A DNA stretch of 64,000 nucleotides. It comes from Spirochaetia bacterium (lineage in GTDB: Bacteria > Spirochaetota > Spirochaetia > WTKD01 > G963693115). Positions within the stretch are counted from its first letter, which is position 1; each line of letters starts with the position of its first letter. The translations under genes were made by a program, and so were the position numbers. Shown here in pieces: positions 28,504 through 39,427 of this stretch. The notes under the pieces are model-generated. The model did no database searches. It saw only the letters and a list, made by a program, of their open reading frames with translations, and was not told where the DNA came from. The stretch covers positions 98,076-162,075 of the forward strand of contig CBDDCA010000003.1 in the NCBI GenBank assembly GCA_965226055.1. Direction: 5' to 3'.

Positions 28504-29106
28504 TTACGCCTCTACAATTCTTCCTTTCGTTATTTTTCCTCGCACTACTCCTGCTGTTTGCTGATCACCAAGATAAATTTGAATAACACGAATATTATGC
28601 TTTGTTTCTGGGATTTTTATTTTCTCAAATAGATTCACTCTCTGTATAGTAATACGAAGTTCTTTTTCAATCTTCTCATACTGTTGCTGATACACTTCAA
28701 TTTCAGCTGCAATTTTTAATACATCAATAAGAGATGAGATACCATCATCCAACCAATAGGGAGTAGTATATATATCATAATCTACCAACTGAACCAATAA
28801 TTCCTTATAAATAGGAACATCCACTCCTGCTATGTTTTGCATCTCTACTTCAAGTTTAATATGCTCAATGTACTGTTCAATAAGACTGGCATCACTATCC
28901 CCAAATACTGCAATCCACGTATCTATTGAATGTACATACTCATGATATTTTTCCTGTAGCGCCTTTATTTGATACAGAATTTTTTGCAATATACTTTGTA
29001 ATTGCTGTTGTTTTAATTTAAGAGTTGGAAGATATCTATCAAAACGCTTTAAGTCATCCTTCTGCTTTTTGAGTTCATTTTTTGTAAGCTTTACTCTACT
29101 TGACAT
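28504..29106 (-). CDS. atpD: V/A-type ATP synthase subunit D
   Basis: KLTKNELKKQKDDLKRFDRYLPTLKLK, NIAGVDVP, QRVNLFEKIKIP. Confidence 0.93.
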   Translation of the reverse strand: MSSRVKLTKNELKKQKDDLKRFDRYLPTLKLKQQQLQSILQKILYQIKALQEKYHEYVHSIDTWIAVFGDSDASLIEQYIEHIKLEVEMQNIAGVDVPIYKELLVQLVDYDIYTTPYWLDDGISSLIDVLKIAAEIEVYQQQYEKIEKELRITIQRVNLFEKIKIPETKHNIRVIQIYLGDQQTAGVVRGKITKGRIVEA

Positions 29107-29163
29107 TATTTCTCCACCGTATACTACTGGCTATAAACCTATGGTTACATTCACTATTCTTAT

Positions 29164-30516
29164 TTACACAGCCCTTTCTATAGTATCAGATACTGTATCA
29201 GAAGACTCATCTTTATTGTTAGCAGTAGGCTGCCAAAATTTTTCTACTAAATCGCTTTTCAGTCCTACTTCATGCTTTTCAAAACAAGCAGCAAGAATGC
29301 TCCATCCAGTATCCAACGCTTTTTCTAAGGGTAAATTTACCGAAAGTGTCATAAGCTCTAACTCAAACAGTTCTCCAAACTTAATGAGCTTGCTATCCCA
29401 ATCAGACATACGAAATCCCATAGAACGCTTTTCAAGACTTGATTTATAACTTGCATATAGCTTAATAAGTCCATCCATAATAGCACGATGATCTTCACGT
29501 GTTTTTCCATTTACCATTTGCTTTAAGCGTGATAATGATCCAAACGGTTCAATACGTCCTCCTCTTAAATAATATTGACCTTCGGTAATATATCCTGTAT
29601 TATCAGGAATAGGATGAGTAACATCATCCCCTGGCATTGTGGTAACACTCAGTATTGTAATAGATCCAGCTCCTTCAAAATCCACTGCTTTCTCATAACG
29701 CGATGCAAGCTGACTGTATAAATCTCCTGGATACCCTCTATTAGAAGGCACTTGTTCTTGAGTAATAGCAATTTCTTTTAAGCTATCCGCAAAGTTAGTA
29801 AGATCGCTCAATAGTACCAGCACTTTTTTTCCTGCAACTGCAAAGCGTTCTGCTACCGCTAAACTCACATCTGGTACCATAAGTGCTTCTACAATAGGAT
29901 CGGATGCTGTATGTACAAAAAATACTGTACGCGATAGTACTCCCCCTTCTTCCAAAGCAGAACGAAAGAAAAGATAATCATCGTACTTAAGCCCTATCCC
30001 TCCAAGAATAATCATATCAACTTCTGATTGCAATGCAATACGTGCTAAAAGCTGATTATATGGCTCTCCCGAAACAGAAAAAATAGGTATTTTTTGTGAT
30101 TCTACCAGAGTATTAAACACATCAATCATAGGAATACCTGTTCGTACCATTTTAGTAGGAATAATTCTTTTTGCAGGATTTACTGAAGGTCCACCAATTT
30201 CAATAAGATTATCCCGAAGATGTGGGCCTTTATCGCGTGGTTCTCCTCTTCCGTTAAAAATTCTTCCTAACAAATTATCGGAAAAAGCAACTTTCATAGG
30301 CTCTCCCAAAAAGCGTATAGAATCTTGGGTAGATATTCCTCTGCCTCCTGCAAACACTTGCAAGCTCACCATATCTTTGTTAAGACGAATAACCTCTGCT
30401 AATGATTCTCCAAAACGAGTTTGTACTACTGCAGTCTCACCATAAGAAACTCCTTCTGCTCGCACATTAAGAACATTACCAGTGATTGATTCAATTTTAT
30501 TGTATACCTTATGCAT
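29164..30516 (-). CDS. atpB: V/A-type ATP synthase subunit B
   Basis: [61 protein letters not shown]. Confidence 0.96.
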   Translation of the reverse strand: MHKVYNKIESITGNVLNVRAEGVSYGETAVVQTRFGESLAEVIRLNKDMVSLQVFAGGRGISTQDSIRFLGEPMKVAFSDNLLGRIFNGRGEPRDKGPHLRDNLIEIGGPSVNPAKRIIPTKMVRTGIPMIDVFNTLVESQKIPIFSVSGEPYNQLLARIALQSEVDMIILGGIGLKYDDYLFFRSALEEGGVLSRTVFFVHTASDPIVEALMVPDVSLAVAERFAVAGKKVLVLLSDLTNFADSLKEIAITQEQVPSNRGYPGDLYSQLASRYEKAVDFEGAGSITILSVTTMPGDDVTHPIPDNTGYITEGQYYLRGGRIEPFGSLSRLKQMVNGKTREDHRAIMDGLIKLYASYKSSLEKRSMGFRMSDWDSKLIKFGELFELELMTLSVNLPLEKALDTGWSILAACFEKHEVGLKSDLVEKFWQPTANNKDESSDTVSDTIERAV

Positions 30517-32335
30517 GTGAAACTCCTTCTTTAGATGTATTGTTAGCGGTATTGCTAGACATATCTTGCTTTGAAATTATCGATTGTACCTGCTGCTCAT
30601 ATCCTTCAAATCGTTCTTCAATTTTCCCTTTTATTTCATTGACAAGATCAGTAAATTGACTACTGTTCCATTCGGCACCATTATAATCAAGAAATTTCTG
30701 AGTAAGAATGGCAAACCAACTTCGTGCTTCATCTTTATTTTCAAAACGCAAAGTACCAAACAGTACCTTAAATACCATGTCAAAGGAATATTGTTGTCGC
30801 TCAAGACTGACTGAACAGTCTACTTTATCAAAAGCATCCTGTTGTAAGTACACTCTATCTAAAAATTCCCCTTTTAGATATATAATAAAATCATCAATGC
30901 TTGTTCCTTCTTCACCAACTACCTTCATCATCTGTCCTACTTCATTTCCATGACTCAAACGGTTATATGCTAAGGATACTATATCAGCAGAAATAGGGCC
31001 TGTATATTTGCTCCAGCTTTCTAAGGGATGAATAGAGGGGTATTTTCGTGCATCAGAACGCTCTCGTGATAGTCCATGAAATGCACCCACTACTTTTAAT
31101 GTTGCTTGTGTAACAGGTTCTTCAAAATTACCCCCTGCAGGACTCACTGCTCCTCCAATAGTTACAGAACCAAACGAATCATCGTTTAAGCGTACTCTTC
31201 CTGCTCTTTCATAAAACGCTGCAATAACAGACTCTAAATATGCAGGAAACGCTTCTTCTCCCGGTATTTCTTCTAAACGCCCTGACATTTCACGCATTGC
31301 CTGTGCCCAACGAGAAGTACTATCAGCCAAAAGCAATGTGTTTAAGCCCATCTGACGATAATATTCTGCAAATGTAACGGCTGTATATACTGAGGCTTCC
31401 CGTGCGGCTACAGGCATAGAGCTTGTATTACAAATAATGATAGTTCGCTCCATGAGAGTTTTTCCTGTTTTAGGATCTATCAGTTCAGGAAACTCACGTA
31501 ATGTTTCTACCACTTCCCCTGCTCGTTCTCCACAAGCTGCCACAATGACTATATCAACTTCTGCATTTCTACTGGTAATTTGCTGCAACACAGTTTTGCC
31601 TGCACCAAAGGGACCGGGCACACAGTAAGTGCCTCCTAATGCAACAGGGAAAAAAGTATCAATAATACGCACTTTCGTTACCATAGGATCCTTAGGCACT
31701 AATCGTTCTTTATATAGTTTGATAGGAACTTTTACAGGCCAGTGAAAACTCATACCCAGCTTTCGTTGCTTTCCTTCTGAAGAACTGATGCTTGCTATTG
31801 TATCATCTAAGGTGTACAATCCTTTCTGTACCAGCGAAGTAAGTGTCCATTCTCCTAATACATCAAAAGGAACAAATATTTTGTGAGTAAATACTCCTTC
31901 TCTTACTGATCCTAATTGATCGCCCGCTTTTACTTTTTTTCTTTCTTGCAAAGCAGGGCTAGGAGTGAACTCCCATTTTTTTATTCTACTCAATGGAGAC
32001 AGGTATACTCCTCGTTCAAGGAAAAAGCCACATTGCTCAGCTAGCTCATTGAGTGGGTTTTGTAATCCATCGTATACTCTCCCTAATAATCCTGGACCAA
32101 GTTCTACCGATAAGAGCAGGTCGGTAAATTCAACTGTATCATTGATTTGAATGCCTTTTGTAAATTCAAATACCTGTGCTTCAACAGTAGTGCCTTTTAC
32201 ACGGATAACTTCTGCTTTTAACTTCTTTCCTTCAGAAGTTGAAATATAGGCAACTTCATTCATTGATACTTTCTCTTGTACCTCTATTGTTACAAGGTTA
32301 CCATTTACACCTATTACACTTCCTTTAGTGTTCAT
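30509..32335 (-). CDS. atpA: V/A-type ATP synthase subunit A (catalytic)
   Basis: Walker [49 protein letters not shown]. Confidence 0.97.
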   Translation of the reverse strand: MNTKGSVIGVNGNLVTIEVQEKVSMNEVAYISTSEGKKLKAEVIRVKGTTVEAQVFEFTKGIQINDTVEFTDLLLSVELGPGLLGRVYDGLQNPLNELAEQCGFFLERGVYLSPLSRIKKWEFTPSPALQERKKVKAGDQLGSVREGVFTHKIFVPFDVLGEWTLTSLVQKGLYTLDDTIASISSSEGKQRKLGMSFHWPVKVPIKLYKERLVPKDPMVTKVRIIDTFFPVALGGTYCVPGPFGAGKTVLQQITSRNAEVDIVIVAACGERAGEVVETLREFPELIDPKTGKTLMERTIIICNTSSMPVAAREASVYTAVTFAEYYRQMGLNTLLLADSTSRWAQAMREMSGRLEEIPGEEAFPAYLESVIAAFYERAGRVRLNDDSFGSVTIGGAVSPAGGNFEEPVTQATLKVVGAFHGLSRERSDARKYPSIHPLESWSKYTGPISADIVSLAYNRLSHGNEVGQMMKVVGEEGTSIDDFIIYLKGEFLDRVYLQQDAFDKVDCSVSLERQQYSFDMVFKVLFGTLRFENKDEARSWFAILTQKFLDYNGAEWNSSQFTDLVNEIKGKIEERFEGYEQQVQSIISKQDMSSNTANNTSKEGVSHA

Positions 32336-32909
32336 TCTCTATGCCTCCTGAAATTGCAGTAGGGGAAAATCCAGCTTTTTGTGTTATACTGCTTACAAGT
32401 TGTCCCCATGTTTTTTTTCCTCGTTTTTTTCTAAATTGTACTAATTTTGAAAGGAGCTGTAGTTTCCAAGCATAAATAGCAAGATTCTCTTTGCTCCTCT
32501 GATACTGTGAATCAAGTGCCTCTAGTATATCCCACAGCGTAGAAAACACTACTAGTTGTGCTTGAAGTGGTGTTTCTGATTGTGCTATGGAAGATGCCAT
32601 TTTTATTGCTTCGGCACTTACTGCTCCCCCTTTTGCTTGGGGAAATATCCCTGATTTTACTTTTGTCCACCGAAGCCGTGCTGATTCATGTTGTATTGAC
32701 TCTACAAAACTTTGCCATTCCTGTGCTATTGCAAGAGATGATTCTGCAGGGCGTTCTATTGCTATGCGTATACTACGAGCATCATTTTCTGACAGTATAA
32801 TTTCACAGCTTACAATAAAGTCTTCTATACTGTACTGTTCGGGAACAATACTGTCAATATCAAATAAAAGATCAGGAACACTAGCAAGAATATATCCAGC
32901 TTCAACCAT
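32325..32909 (-). CDS. V-ATPase operon protein between subunits E and A (DUF2764 / subunit C-like)
   Basis: Operon position; YILASVPDL N-terminus and AIYAWKLQLL...G C-terminus resemble DUF2764. Confidence 0.6.
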   Translation of the reverse strand: MVEAGYILASVPDLLFDIDSIVPEQYSIEDFIVSCEIILSENDARSIRIAIERPAESSLAIAQEWQSFVESIQHESARLRWTKVKSGIFPQAKGGAVSAEAIKMASSIAQSETPLQAQLVVFSTLWDILEALDSQYQRSKENLAIYAWKLQLLSKLVQFRKKRGKKTWGQLVSSITQKAGFSPTAISGGIENEH

Positions 32910-32910
32910 T

Positions 32911-33495
32911 TTACTGCAATAGCTCCTGAATATTTTGTGTTAAGAAATGTGTCAATGCTTCGTTTATTGCTGTTTCACTAAAATCATATTGTAAAGATCC
33001 TTGTTCATCACTGGAAATACGAAAGCCTTTTGATAGCTGTTCGTCTACTTTTATCTCTATAGTTCCTGCACTGTGTAGAGCGGCTGCACTTATTTTTTGT
33101 GCATCTTCTTTTGATACATGAACAAACAACGATTTATTTGATTGAAAATCCCACTTTGATAATGCTACTTTAATAAGCTCAATCGTAGCTTCGGTACTCA
33201 GGGCCTTTGCGAGATTTTTCTGTGCAAAGCTGGCAATGATGCTTGCAAGCTGTTCTTTTACCACAAGCAACAAATCTCTCTTTGCCTGCTGCAGTGCTGA
33301 TGTACCTCGTGTTACGATAGATTCTGATTGTTGTGCAGCTTGCTGTATTATTTGTTTCGCTTGTGTGCGGGCATCATCTATAATACTCTGAGCTTCTGAT
33401 TTTGCTTGTGAAACAAGCGAGGAAGCCTCTTCCTTTCCTTTGTTTACCCCTTCGGTTTTTATTTTATCAATAATCTCATCTAACTTTACATCCAT
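32911..33495 (-). CDS. atpE: V/A-type ATP synthase subunit E
   Basis: LDEIIDKIKTEGV N-terminal coiled coil, GFRI..G..QYDFS C-terminus; first gene of the operon, GGAG RBS. Confidence 0.85.
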   Translation of the reverse strand: MDVKLDEIIDKIKTEGVNKGKEEASSLVSQAKSEAQSIIDDARTQAKQIIQQAAQQSESIVTRGTSALQQAKRDLLLVVKEQLASIIASFAQKNLAKALSTEATIELIKVALSKWDFQSNKSLFVHVSKEDAQKISAAALHSAGTIEIKVDEQLSKGFRISSDEQGSLQYDFSETAINEALTHFLTQNIQELLQ

Positions 33496-33557
33496 AGATA
33501 CTCCTGTGAAATATGCTTACAAAGACTTATTTGTATACTTAATTATTATTTATATTT

Positions 33558-33586
33558 AGTATAGAAAAAAAAGCAATCAAAGTCAA
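33558..33586 (-). promoter_or_regulatory. Sigma70 promoter of the V-ATPase operon
   Basis: TTGACT-17nt-TATACT on the minus strand. Confidence 0.65.
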
Positions 33587-33656
33587 GAAGGTAGGGGAGA
33601 TTTTTGGAGTTTTACCATCTGGTGTGAACCCTTTTGATAAAATTAGTATTTAACAA

Positions 33657-36164
33657 TTATTCTATGTAAATTTTAGTAAGTCCTTCTCCGCCTTCTTCAG
33701 GTGTTCCAAACTCTTTCCGAAGTATTGCAGTATGCTGTGCTACATACTCGTGTATGGCTTTACGTAATGCTCCTTCTCCTTTACCATGAATGATTGAAAA
33801 AGATGTTTCTTTTTGTAACAATGCCATATCAATATTTCTCTCTAAACGCTGTATAGCTTCTTCTACTCTATTGCCACGCAGATCCAGTATTTTTTTAAAA
33901 TGCTGCTCTATCGTACTTCGTTCAACAATAAACTGACTATGATGTACATAATGTTCTTCTGATCTCTCTGTATTTTCTTGTTGTATGTACATTTCACTTG
34001 CATGCACTCTCATTTTTATGATACCCACATGTACAATATAATAGTTATTTGCAAGCACTTCTATCACAGTGCCGTTTGCTTTATTTTTCTTTAAGTGTAT
34101 TGTTGCCCCTACTTCAAAATAAACGACAGAATTTTTTTCTTGTCTCTGCTTCAAATTCATTTGCATATTCCCAAGTTCTTGCTTTGCATGCTTTGCTACT
34201 TCCCGAAGCTCTTTCACTTTTTTTTGTGTGCTTGAAGACTCTTCTGAAATGTTTTGTAAATTATTCTGTAAGGACTGGCTCTGTTCTACCGATTTTCGTA
34301 ATTGTTGTAATAGTTGTGTTCCTTGTATATAGTTATCTTTCAGTAAGCTCTCTTCTTTTTCATGAACAACAGCCTCTTTTTGCGATAGCTCCCTCTGTTT
34401 ACGCTGCAGTTTTTTTTCTAGCATATCCAGTTGTATATTCCTCTGCTCCCAATGCACAATATATTGCTGAAGTTTCCGCAAATATTCTTGATACTCTTTC
34501 CCGTATTCATTGAGTAACGCTTGCTGGCGCTGTACAATAGAAGAGATCATTCCTACTTGCTTTGCACATTTTTCGGCTTCGCTGGTGCCTATTACTCCAT
34601 ATCGTATAGTATGCTTATCATCTCCTCTCCCTCCTTCAACTGAGGCTATTTCTACTGTTTCTTTACTGATAGCATATTGTTTTAGCAAAGCAAGGTGAGT
34701 AGTCACTACTGTATATATATCATATTGTTCTAAGTATTCAAGTATTGCCCATGCCAATGCGCCACCTTCTCTATCGTCTGTATCACTGCATATTTCGTCT
34801 ATAAGGAGTAATGACGGTGCGGCAGATTGGGTATGGGCTACCGAAATAGCATTTTCGGTACTCTCATATTGCCTTTCATCTTCTGTCTTTTTTGCTGTAT
34901 CACTTACCATGTGTAAAGCATTTTGAATAGCTTGCAAATGTGCAGTAAATGTAGAAAGTCCTGTATCTATATTTTGAGTATCCCCTATCACCATTGCAAT
35001 ATTTGAAAACACAGGCAATTCTGATGGTTGCTGTACTGGGATAGGAATACCGCTTTGATTCATAAGAACAAGTAAACCAAGTACTTTAAGAGCAAATGTT
35101 TTTCCGCCACCATTTGCTCCAGTAATAACAAGCTGTTTGCAGTTATGAGGAACATGTATATCAATTGGCTCAGATTGTGCAAGTAAAGGGTGGGTAGCTC
35201 CTAGCAGTTTTACAGAAAAAATTTCTTGATATTGTATTGATTTTTTTGTGCTTTCATAAGCATGAGGGTACTTCTGCTTCTGCTGAGTGCTTTTTTCTAT
35301 GGAAGGTATTTGCACTAATTGTCCTTTGATATGTTTTCCATACATATATTGAGCTTGAATCATATCAAAATCAAGAAATTGCTCATAAAATGTACGGAAT
35401 GTATCTAGCTGACGCCTTAATGTTTCACTTATCTTTCGACATATATCATAGATGATTTTTTGTTCTTGGTAATGCAGATATTCTATCTCATTGTTGTGAT
35501 TTTGTATGCTGTACAGCTCAATAAATACTGTCTCAAAACTAGCAGAATTAGTGTAAATAGTTCCCGGTACTTGTGAACGAAACGATGATTTTATAGGAAT
35601 CAGTAGTTTATTGTCACGGATAGTTGCTTGATCACTTTGGCATATAGACATATTTGCTCTCATAAAGGTTTGTGCAATTTTCATACGTTGTTTCTGAAAA
35701 GAAGATTTTTTTGTTTCAATAGTACTCAATTCTGGTATATTATCACTACGCAATGCTCCTTTGCTATCAAAATAAAAGATAAAGGTATCATATAGGCTTT
35801 TAGGAAAATGCGTTTGAGCAAAAAAGCTGTATTCATTAGCATGGGCCCATATATGACATGCCTGCATAGTTTCCAGTGCAATACGTAATTGTATCGCTTC
35901 TTCAATGTAAAGCTCACGTTTTTCTATATGAGCAAGAAACGCAAAAAGCGAAGAAAAAGAGTGTGTTGCAGGCAACTCTCTCACGCTTGTAGCAACAGAA
36001 AAATTTCTCACCTTTTTATGTACATCAAATACCGCTACAGCATTGAACATGGGTCGTTGTGCAAGAAACTGTTGATGAGAATCAGAGGCAACACAATACC
36101 GTGTTACTGCTTCAATAACTTTGTAATAATCAAGAGCTTCAAGTACCTGTGTGTGTGCTTGCAT
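33657..36164 (-). CDS. mutS2: Endonuclease MutS2
   Basis: ITGANGGGKT, IGDTQNI..LSTFTAH, LLIDEI, TTH; C-terminal Smr domain (LDLRG..IIHGKGEGALR..EGGEG). Confidence 0.92.
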   Translation of the reverse strand: MQAHTQVLEALDYYKVIEAVTRYCVASDSHQQFLAQRPMFNAVAVFDVHKKVRNFSVATSVRELPATHSFSSLFAFLAHIEKRELYIEEAIQLRIALETMQACHIWAHANEYSFFAQTHFPKSLYDTFIFYFDSKGALRSDNIPELSTIETKKSSFQKQRMKIAQTFMRANMSICQSDQATIRDNKLLIPIKSSFRSQVPGTIYTNSASFETVFIELYSIQNHNNEIEYLHYQEQKIIYDICRKISETLRRQLDTFRTFYEQFLDFDMIQAQYMYGKHIKGQLVQIPSIEKSTQQKQKYPHAYESTKKSIQYQEIFSVKLLGATHPLLAQSEPIDIHVPHNCKQLVITGANGGGKTFALKVLGLLVLMNQSGIPIPVQQPSELPVFSNIAMVIGDTQNIDTGLSTFTAHLQAIQNALHMVSDTAKKTEDERQYESTENAISVAHTQSAAPSLLLIDEICSDTDDREGGALAWAILEYLEQYDIYTVVTTHLALLKQYAISKETVEIASVEGGRGDDKHTIRYGVIGTSEAEKCAKQVGMISSIVQRQQALLNEYGKEYQEYLRKLQQYIVHWEQRNIQLDMLEKKLQRKQRELSQKEAVVHEKEESLLKDNYIQGTQLLQQLRKSVEQSQSLQNNLQNISEESSSTQKKVKELREVAKHAKQELGNMQMNLKQRQEKNSVVYFEVGATIHLKKNKANGTVIEVLANNYYIVHVGIIKMRVHASEMYIQQENTERSEEHYVHHSQFIVERSTIEQHFKKILDLRGNRVEEAIQRLERNIDMALLQKETSFSIIHGKGEGALRKAIHEYVAQHTAILRKEFGTPEEGGEGLTKIYIE

Positions 36165-36190
36165 CTATGGAACAATCCTTTTTGTATATA

Positions 36191-37318
36191 TCATTTTTTA
36201 CGCTGATGTTTTTCTTGTGGCTTACTATACCATCTCTTACGCTTATTTTCATGAAACTCTATTTCAGCACGAAGTTTCATATAACTCTCATACCGCGATT
36301 CTGCTATCATAGTTCCTACTTGAGGAAGCAGCATACATCCTGGCTCATCTCGATGACTACAGGTTGGCAGCTTACACTGCTTGGCATACTGTTCAAATTC
36401 TGGGAATGCTAAAATGACTGACGTGGGAGGCAGTTGTGATGGTATCATATCTCGCATTCCAGGAGTATCTACAATAGCATATCCATCACCAAAGCATAGC
36501 TCGGGCATGGTAGTAGTGTGTCTTCCTTCCTTGTACTTTACTGATAAAGACAAGACTCTTCGTTGTAATCTTGGGTACAGTGCATTTAACAAAGAAGACT
36601 TTCCTACACCAGAGCGACCTAGCACAGCAATCATTTTTCCATAGACATGCTGCTTAAGGTGTGTGGGAGTATAATCGTGTAATACTGTATGTTTGTTCGT
36701 ATGGGTACTAGTATATACAAAAGAAAAAAAGTGAGGCATATACTGCGACAATATGCTTACTCTCAAACGAATAGGCTCTGGAAGCACAGCTTGTAATGGA
36801 AAAGAGGCATGGGAACAAGGAGCGTTCTCTTGTATAGTTTCTTTATTACTGCGTAGATACTTTTCAAGGAGTAAGTCTATTTTGTTTATCACTATAATTG
36901 CAGGAAGTGTCTCCAGTAGAGAGAGACATACTATTTTATCAAAAAAAACAGCATTAAATTCGGGTTCTTGTACAGAAAACACTGCCATAATAGCATCACT
37001 ATTTACTGCCATACAGTGATGCATATCTCTTCGCACACGAAGTAAACTATTTTTTCTTTGTATGCTTCCTGTAATAACCCCATGTCTATTGTCAATATAT
37101 TCAAAATATACCCTGTCGCCTGCCATAAGAAAATTATTAAGCTCTAGTGTGCTTTCTGTAATATTCCCCCTCTTTCCTTTAATTCTACATTCAATACATT
37201 GTTCATATATTTTTTCAGGATAACTCGCATTTTGCAAAAACATTTCATATGCTTCTATAGGGAGAACAAGAAAAATATTTCGGGTACCACGTACTACAAC
37301 ACCAATAACATCAGACAT
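36191..37318 (-). CDS. rsgA: Ribosome small subunit-dependent GTPase A
   Basis: Circularly permuted GTPase NKID...GRSGVGKSS...GRHTTT...DTPG; zinc finger CKLPTCSHRDEPGC. Confidence 0.93.
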   Translation of the reverse strand: MSDVIGVVVRGTRNIFLVLPIEAYEMFLQNASYPEKIYEQCIECRIKGKRGNITESTLELNNFLMAGDRVYFEYIDNRHGVITGSIQRKNSLLRVRRDMHHCMAVNSDAIMAVFSVQEPEFNAVFFDKIVCLSLLETLPAIIVINKIDLLLEKYLRSNKETIQENAPCSHASFPLQAVLPEPIRLRVSILSQYMPHFFSFVYTSTHTNKHTVLHDYTPTHLKQHVYGKMIAVLGRSGVGKSSLLNALYPRLQRRVLSLSVKYKEGRHTTTMPELCFGDGYAIVDTPGMRDMIPSQLPPTSVILAFPEFEQYAKQCKLPTCSHRDEPGCMLLPQVGTMIAESRYESYMKLRAEIEFHENKRKRWYSKPQEKHQRKK

Positions 37319-37367
37319 ACTATTCCTTTTTTATATTTTGTACATTATATTACTTTTTTGCATAGCA

Positions 37368-38237
37368 TTATATACCATGGACAATAATGCCCCCGTATTG
37401 ATACTGGGAACTTTGTGCATACTGCTTAAATTCTTCTTCTCTTTCAACATCAGTAATGTACAGCGTAGGAACACATGCATTCACTGTATCAGTTTGTGTA
37501 TGGTTTGCTGTTTCTTGCTCTGTACTTCCCTCTCTCTGTCCTGTTTTATGTTCAATAGCATGCAAAATAGCACCAATTTGCTTTACTACTCCCTCCAATG
37601 AATGATATATCGTAATACCCTCTGGCAATAAGCGTTCTAATTGTTTTTTAATGAACAAAAAATGAGTACAAGCAAGCACAACACTATCTATGTTAAGCTC
37701 TTTTATTTCTATGACAATTTTCTCAAGTAAAGAAGCTACATACTGTCCATACGCATCCGAATGAGAAAGCACCATCTTTTCTATAGATTCTACTAATTCG
37801 GGAAAACCACGTAAAAATATTTGCATATCGTCCGCAAACTCTTGGAGCAATGCATCTGTATATTTGTTTTTCTTTGTAGCGGTAGTACTCATCATGTACA
37901 TACGCTTTCCGTTTGCATGGAACACAGGCTTTATTGCTGGAACAACTCCTACAAAATTGACTGACAGCTTTTTGGAGTATGTTGCACGTAATACCTGTAA
38001 TGCAGATACAGAGGCAGTATTACACGCTAACACAATAATATTAGACTTACATGTATCAATAACATACTGACACAAAGCAAGAAGTCTCTGTTGTATATGT
38101 TCTGCTTCATGGTTTCCATAAGGAAAAAATTGTGTATCAGCAATATAACTCACCTCTACATCAGGATAGGCTTGCAAAAACGCATCACAATACACTAACC
38201 CTCCCACTCCTGAATCTATAAAAGACACATGTATCAT
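37368..38237 (-). CDS. murI: Glutamate racemase
   Basis: DSGVGG, FPYG, ACNTAS, VPAIKP, LACTHF. Confidence 0.93.
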   Translation of the reverse strand: MIHVSFIDSGVGGLVYCDAFLQAYPDVEVSYIADTQFFPYGNHEAEHIQQRLLALCQYVIDTCKSNIIVLACNTASVSALQVLRATYSKKLSVNFVGVVPAIKPVFHANGKRMYMMSTTATKKNKYTDALLQEFADDMQIFLRGFPELVESIEKMVLSHSDAYGQYVASLLEKIVIEIKELNIDSVVLACTHFLFIKKQLERLLPEGITIYHSLEGVVKQIGAILHAIEHKTGQREGSTEQETANHTQTDTVNACVPTLYITDVEREEEFKQYAQSSQYQYGGIIVHGI

Positions 38238-38243
38238 ATTTGT

Positions 38244-38251
38244 AGTATACT
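38244..38251. promoter_or_regulatory. Palindromic -10 element AGTATACT shared by two divergent, apparently leaderless genes
   Basis: TATACT on each strand lies exactly 6 nt upstream of the murI ATG (38237) and of the GTG at 38258. Confidence 0.6.
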
Positions 38252-38257
38252 AATTTT

Positions 38258-38758
38258 GTGGATTATCATTTTTTCTCACTTTATTCTTATATTGATACTG
38301 ATGCTAAGGATACTACGACTGCATCTACTGATTTCTCAAATAATTTCTTACATACTATTAAGCAATCACATAAAATTTCCAATAAGGTATTTTCTAATAT
38401 GCAAAGAGATACCTTACATGTTGACTGCAACGCCCATTTTTTTATCAACTGTACCTTTGAATCATTACAGTTTAATGAAAGCAATTTTTCTCTGTGTACA
38501 TTTTATAACTGCAATTTCTATGATTGTCGTTTTTCTGATTGCTCTTTAGAAACTATGGGATTGTTTAACTGTGCTTTTACAGACTGCACCATACAAGAAA
38601 GCATTTTGAATTATTCTCGTTTTATTGATGGCACTATATCATCATTATATATTGAAGACTGCAACTTACAAGGAACTATGTTTTATTTAGACAAAGCTCA
38701 TACTCGTAATATTATGATACAATGCAGCAACGATGAGGATGCCTACTTTAATGAGTGA
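38258..38758 (+). CDS. Pentapeptide-repeat protein
   Basis: Tandem FxxCx/FxDxx pentapeptides (FINCT FESLQ FNESN FSLCT FYNCN FYDCR FSDCS). Confidence 0.85.
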   Translation: MDYHFFSLYSYIDTDAKDTTTASTDFSNNFLHTIKQSHKISNKVFSNMQRDTLHVDCNAHFFINCTFESLQFNESNFSLCTFYNCNFYDCRFSDCSLETMGLFNCAFTDCTIQESILNYSRFIDGTISSLYIEDCNLQGTMFYLDKAHTRNIMIQCSNDEDAYFNE

Positions 38759-39401
38759 TATACTTACACATAATCATATATATCAGCAAATGAACACACT
38801 TTCTCTTGGTCCCTCACACGCTACATATGACAAACTATTCTGTTATATACACAAAAAACATAACACTTGGATCTTTTTCTGTGCTTGTTCTTATGCTGTG
38901 TTTTTAATAGATCCTCCTAATATTCAACAACAGATTGTGGACTGTATTCATTCATTACGGGCAAAAAAATATTATTATATTCTCACTCGACATCATAGAA
39001 CAAAACTAGAAAACTTAAAACAATGGAATCAACTATTTCCGTTTCAGCTTTTAGCACATAACCAAGAATACTTTGATTACAATATTCATAGTACAGAAAC
39101 ACAGCAAAAAGAAAGCCAAGACAAAATAGAACAGAATATTGCAAATGTAACACTTATAAGAGGCAAATATGACATAGATCATTGTCTTTTAGCATATAAA
39201 AAACCATTTTTATTTTGCGGAGAAATTTTACAAAGACAACAAGATAACCAATTACATTATCATAAAATATCTAAAACTATTCTCAATTTCTTACAAAAAA
39301 TACCGAAAGATACTATTATCCTCCCTTCCACTGGACCAGTAGAATTATTAGAGTTTCTTCCTAGTTCTTCTTCTCAACAAAAAGATATTTTCTCAACATA
39401 A
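38751..39401 (+). CDS. Metallo-beta-lactamase-fold (glyoxalase II-like) protein with degenerate metal site
   Basis: VFLIDP, ILTRHHRTK at the THxHxDH position, LFCGE (canonical LFTGD), IPKDTIILPSTGP (canonical LP.DT.+.PGHG). Confidence 0.5.
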   Translation: MSDILTHNHIYQQMNTLSLGPSHATYDKLFCYIHKKHNTWIFFCACSYAVFLIDPPNIQQQIVDCIHSLRAKKYYYILTRHHRTKLENLKQWNQLFPFQLLAHNQEYFDYNIHSTETQQKESQDKIEQNIANVTLIRGKYDIDHCLLAYKKPFLFCGEILQRQQDNQLHYHKISKTILNFLQKIPKDTIILPSTGPVELLEFLPSSSSQQKDIFST

Positions 39402-39427
39402 AGATGCAAGTTACTCCGCACACAATA

